From: Candidatus Bathyarchaeota archaeon
Lineage (GTDB): Archaea > Thermoproteota > Bathyarchaeia > Bathyarchaeales > Bathyarchaeaceae
DNA: 64,000 nt
Direction of reading: 5' to 3'
NCBI GenBank assembly: GCA_963697165.1
Contig: CAVOMX010000018.1
Coordinates: 1 to 64,000, forward strand
The notes beneath the pieces were generated by a model. That model ran no database searches. It was not told the DNA's origin and saw only the letters and a program-made list of their open reading frames with translations. Below, piece by piece: positions 63,432 to 64,000 of the stretch. Within the stretch, counting starts at the first letter, position 1. Every line of letters starts with the position of its first letter. The translations under genes were made by a program, and so were the position numbers.

Positions 63432-63902
63432 ATGGAGAAAAGGTTTGAGACCGTGGCTATTGGCGGAACCTTTGATCTGTTTCACAGCGGTCACTTAGCC
63501 CTGCTGCTGAAGGCATTCGAGGTTGGAAACCTTGTTCTCATCGGTTTATGTTCAGATAATTTCTTGAAAAAAATGAATAAACCTCACAAAGTTGCACCCT
63601 ACGCTCAGCGCCTTGAAGAGCTGAAAAACTTCTTGAGAAAGAAACGGCTTTTGGAACGGGCAGAAATCACGTCCCTAAATGATGCTTATGGAGTCACCTT
63701 GTCTGATAAACGAATTGACGCTATAATTGTGAGCGAGGAAACGGAGCCGCGGGCTCACGAAATTAACGCAAACCGGAAAAGTTTGGGCATGCCGCCTTTG
63801 CCAATTGTAACTGTGAAGATGGTTCTGTCTGAAGACCATTACCCAATCTCGTCTACTCGTATTTGGTTTGAGGAAATCGACAGGGAAGGGCATCTGCTTT
63901 AG
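63432..63902 (+). CDS. coaD: Phosphopantetheine adenylyltransferase, archaeal type
   Basis: GGTFD.FHSGH, IIVSEET, ISSTRI, EIDREG. Confidence 0.9.
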   Translation: MEKRFETVAIGGTFDLFHSGHLALLLKAFEVGNLVLIGLCSDNFLKKMNKPHKVAPYAQRLEELKNFLRKKRLLERAEITSLNDAYGVTLSDKRIDAIIVSEETEPRAHEINANRKSLGMPPLPIVTVKMVLSEDHYPISSTRIWFEEIDREGHLL

Positions 63903-64000
63903 AAGCCCTCTGTAATGATGGTAGAAGTCTTCTTTAATAGATAATAGGCAAATAGTAAAATTCAAAAATAATTATTAATACTGCAAGAAATGAATGCATG

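Overview
Archaeal chromosome window, most likely Bathyarchaeia (inferred from TFB/TBP, archaeal cdh genes, a long Rpo5, pantoate kinase and lineage-typical surface proteins). Many single-base frameshifts fall in essential genes (glnA, tbp, cdhC/D/E, pantoate kinase), which points to long-read indel errors. The first ~13 kb is an AT-rich accessory region: a two-component system, a 7-repeat secreted propeller, a three-gene surface locus, a non-canonical TFS paralogue and small Zn-finger proteins. The surface-locus genes share internal motifs, suggesting an undescribed fibre/pilus-plus-adhesin system. Housekeeping and metal genes follow (dph6, GGR, mscS, glnA with Lrp/RAM genes, znuABC-nikR, aSelBL, tRNA-Gln, tfb, aIF-1). 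At 30.7-41 kb a second cdhAB copy, ending in a vestigial cdhC stub, sits inside an Mrp/NifB-NifX/IscU/MinD-ferredoxin/CooT/DUF134/DUF5320 cluster. A feoB-feoA-dtxR block is bounded by an exact 33-bp direct repeat. The rest holds thyA, mgsA, an AhbD-like radical SAM with a large N-terminal extension, an ABC exporter, the full cdhABCDE operon, tbp, mntP, rpo5 and CoA-biosynthesis genes. All family calls come from motif recognition; no database search was run.
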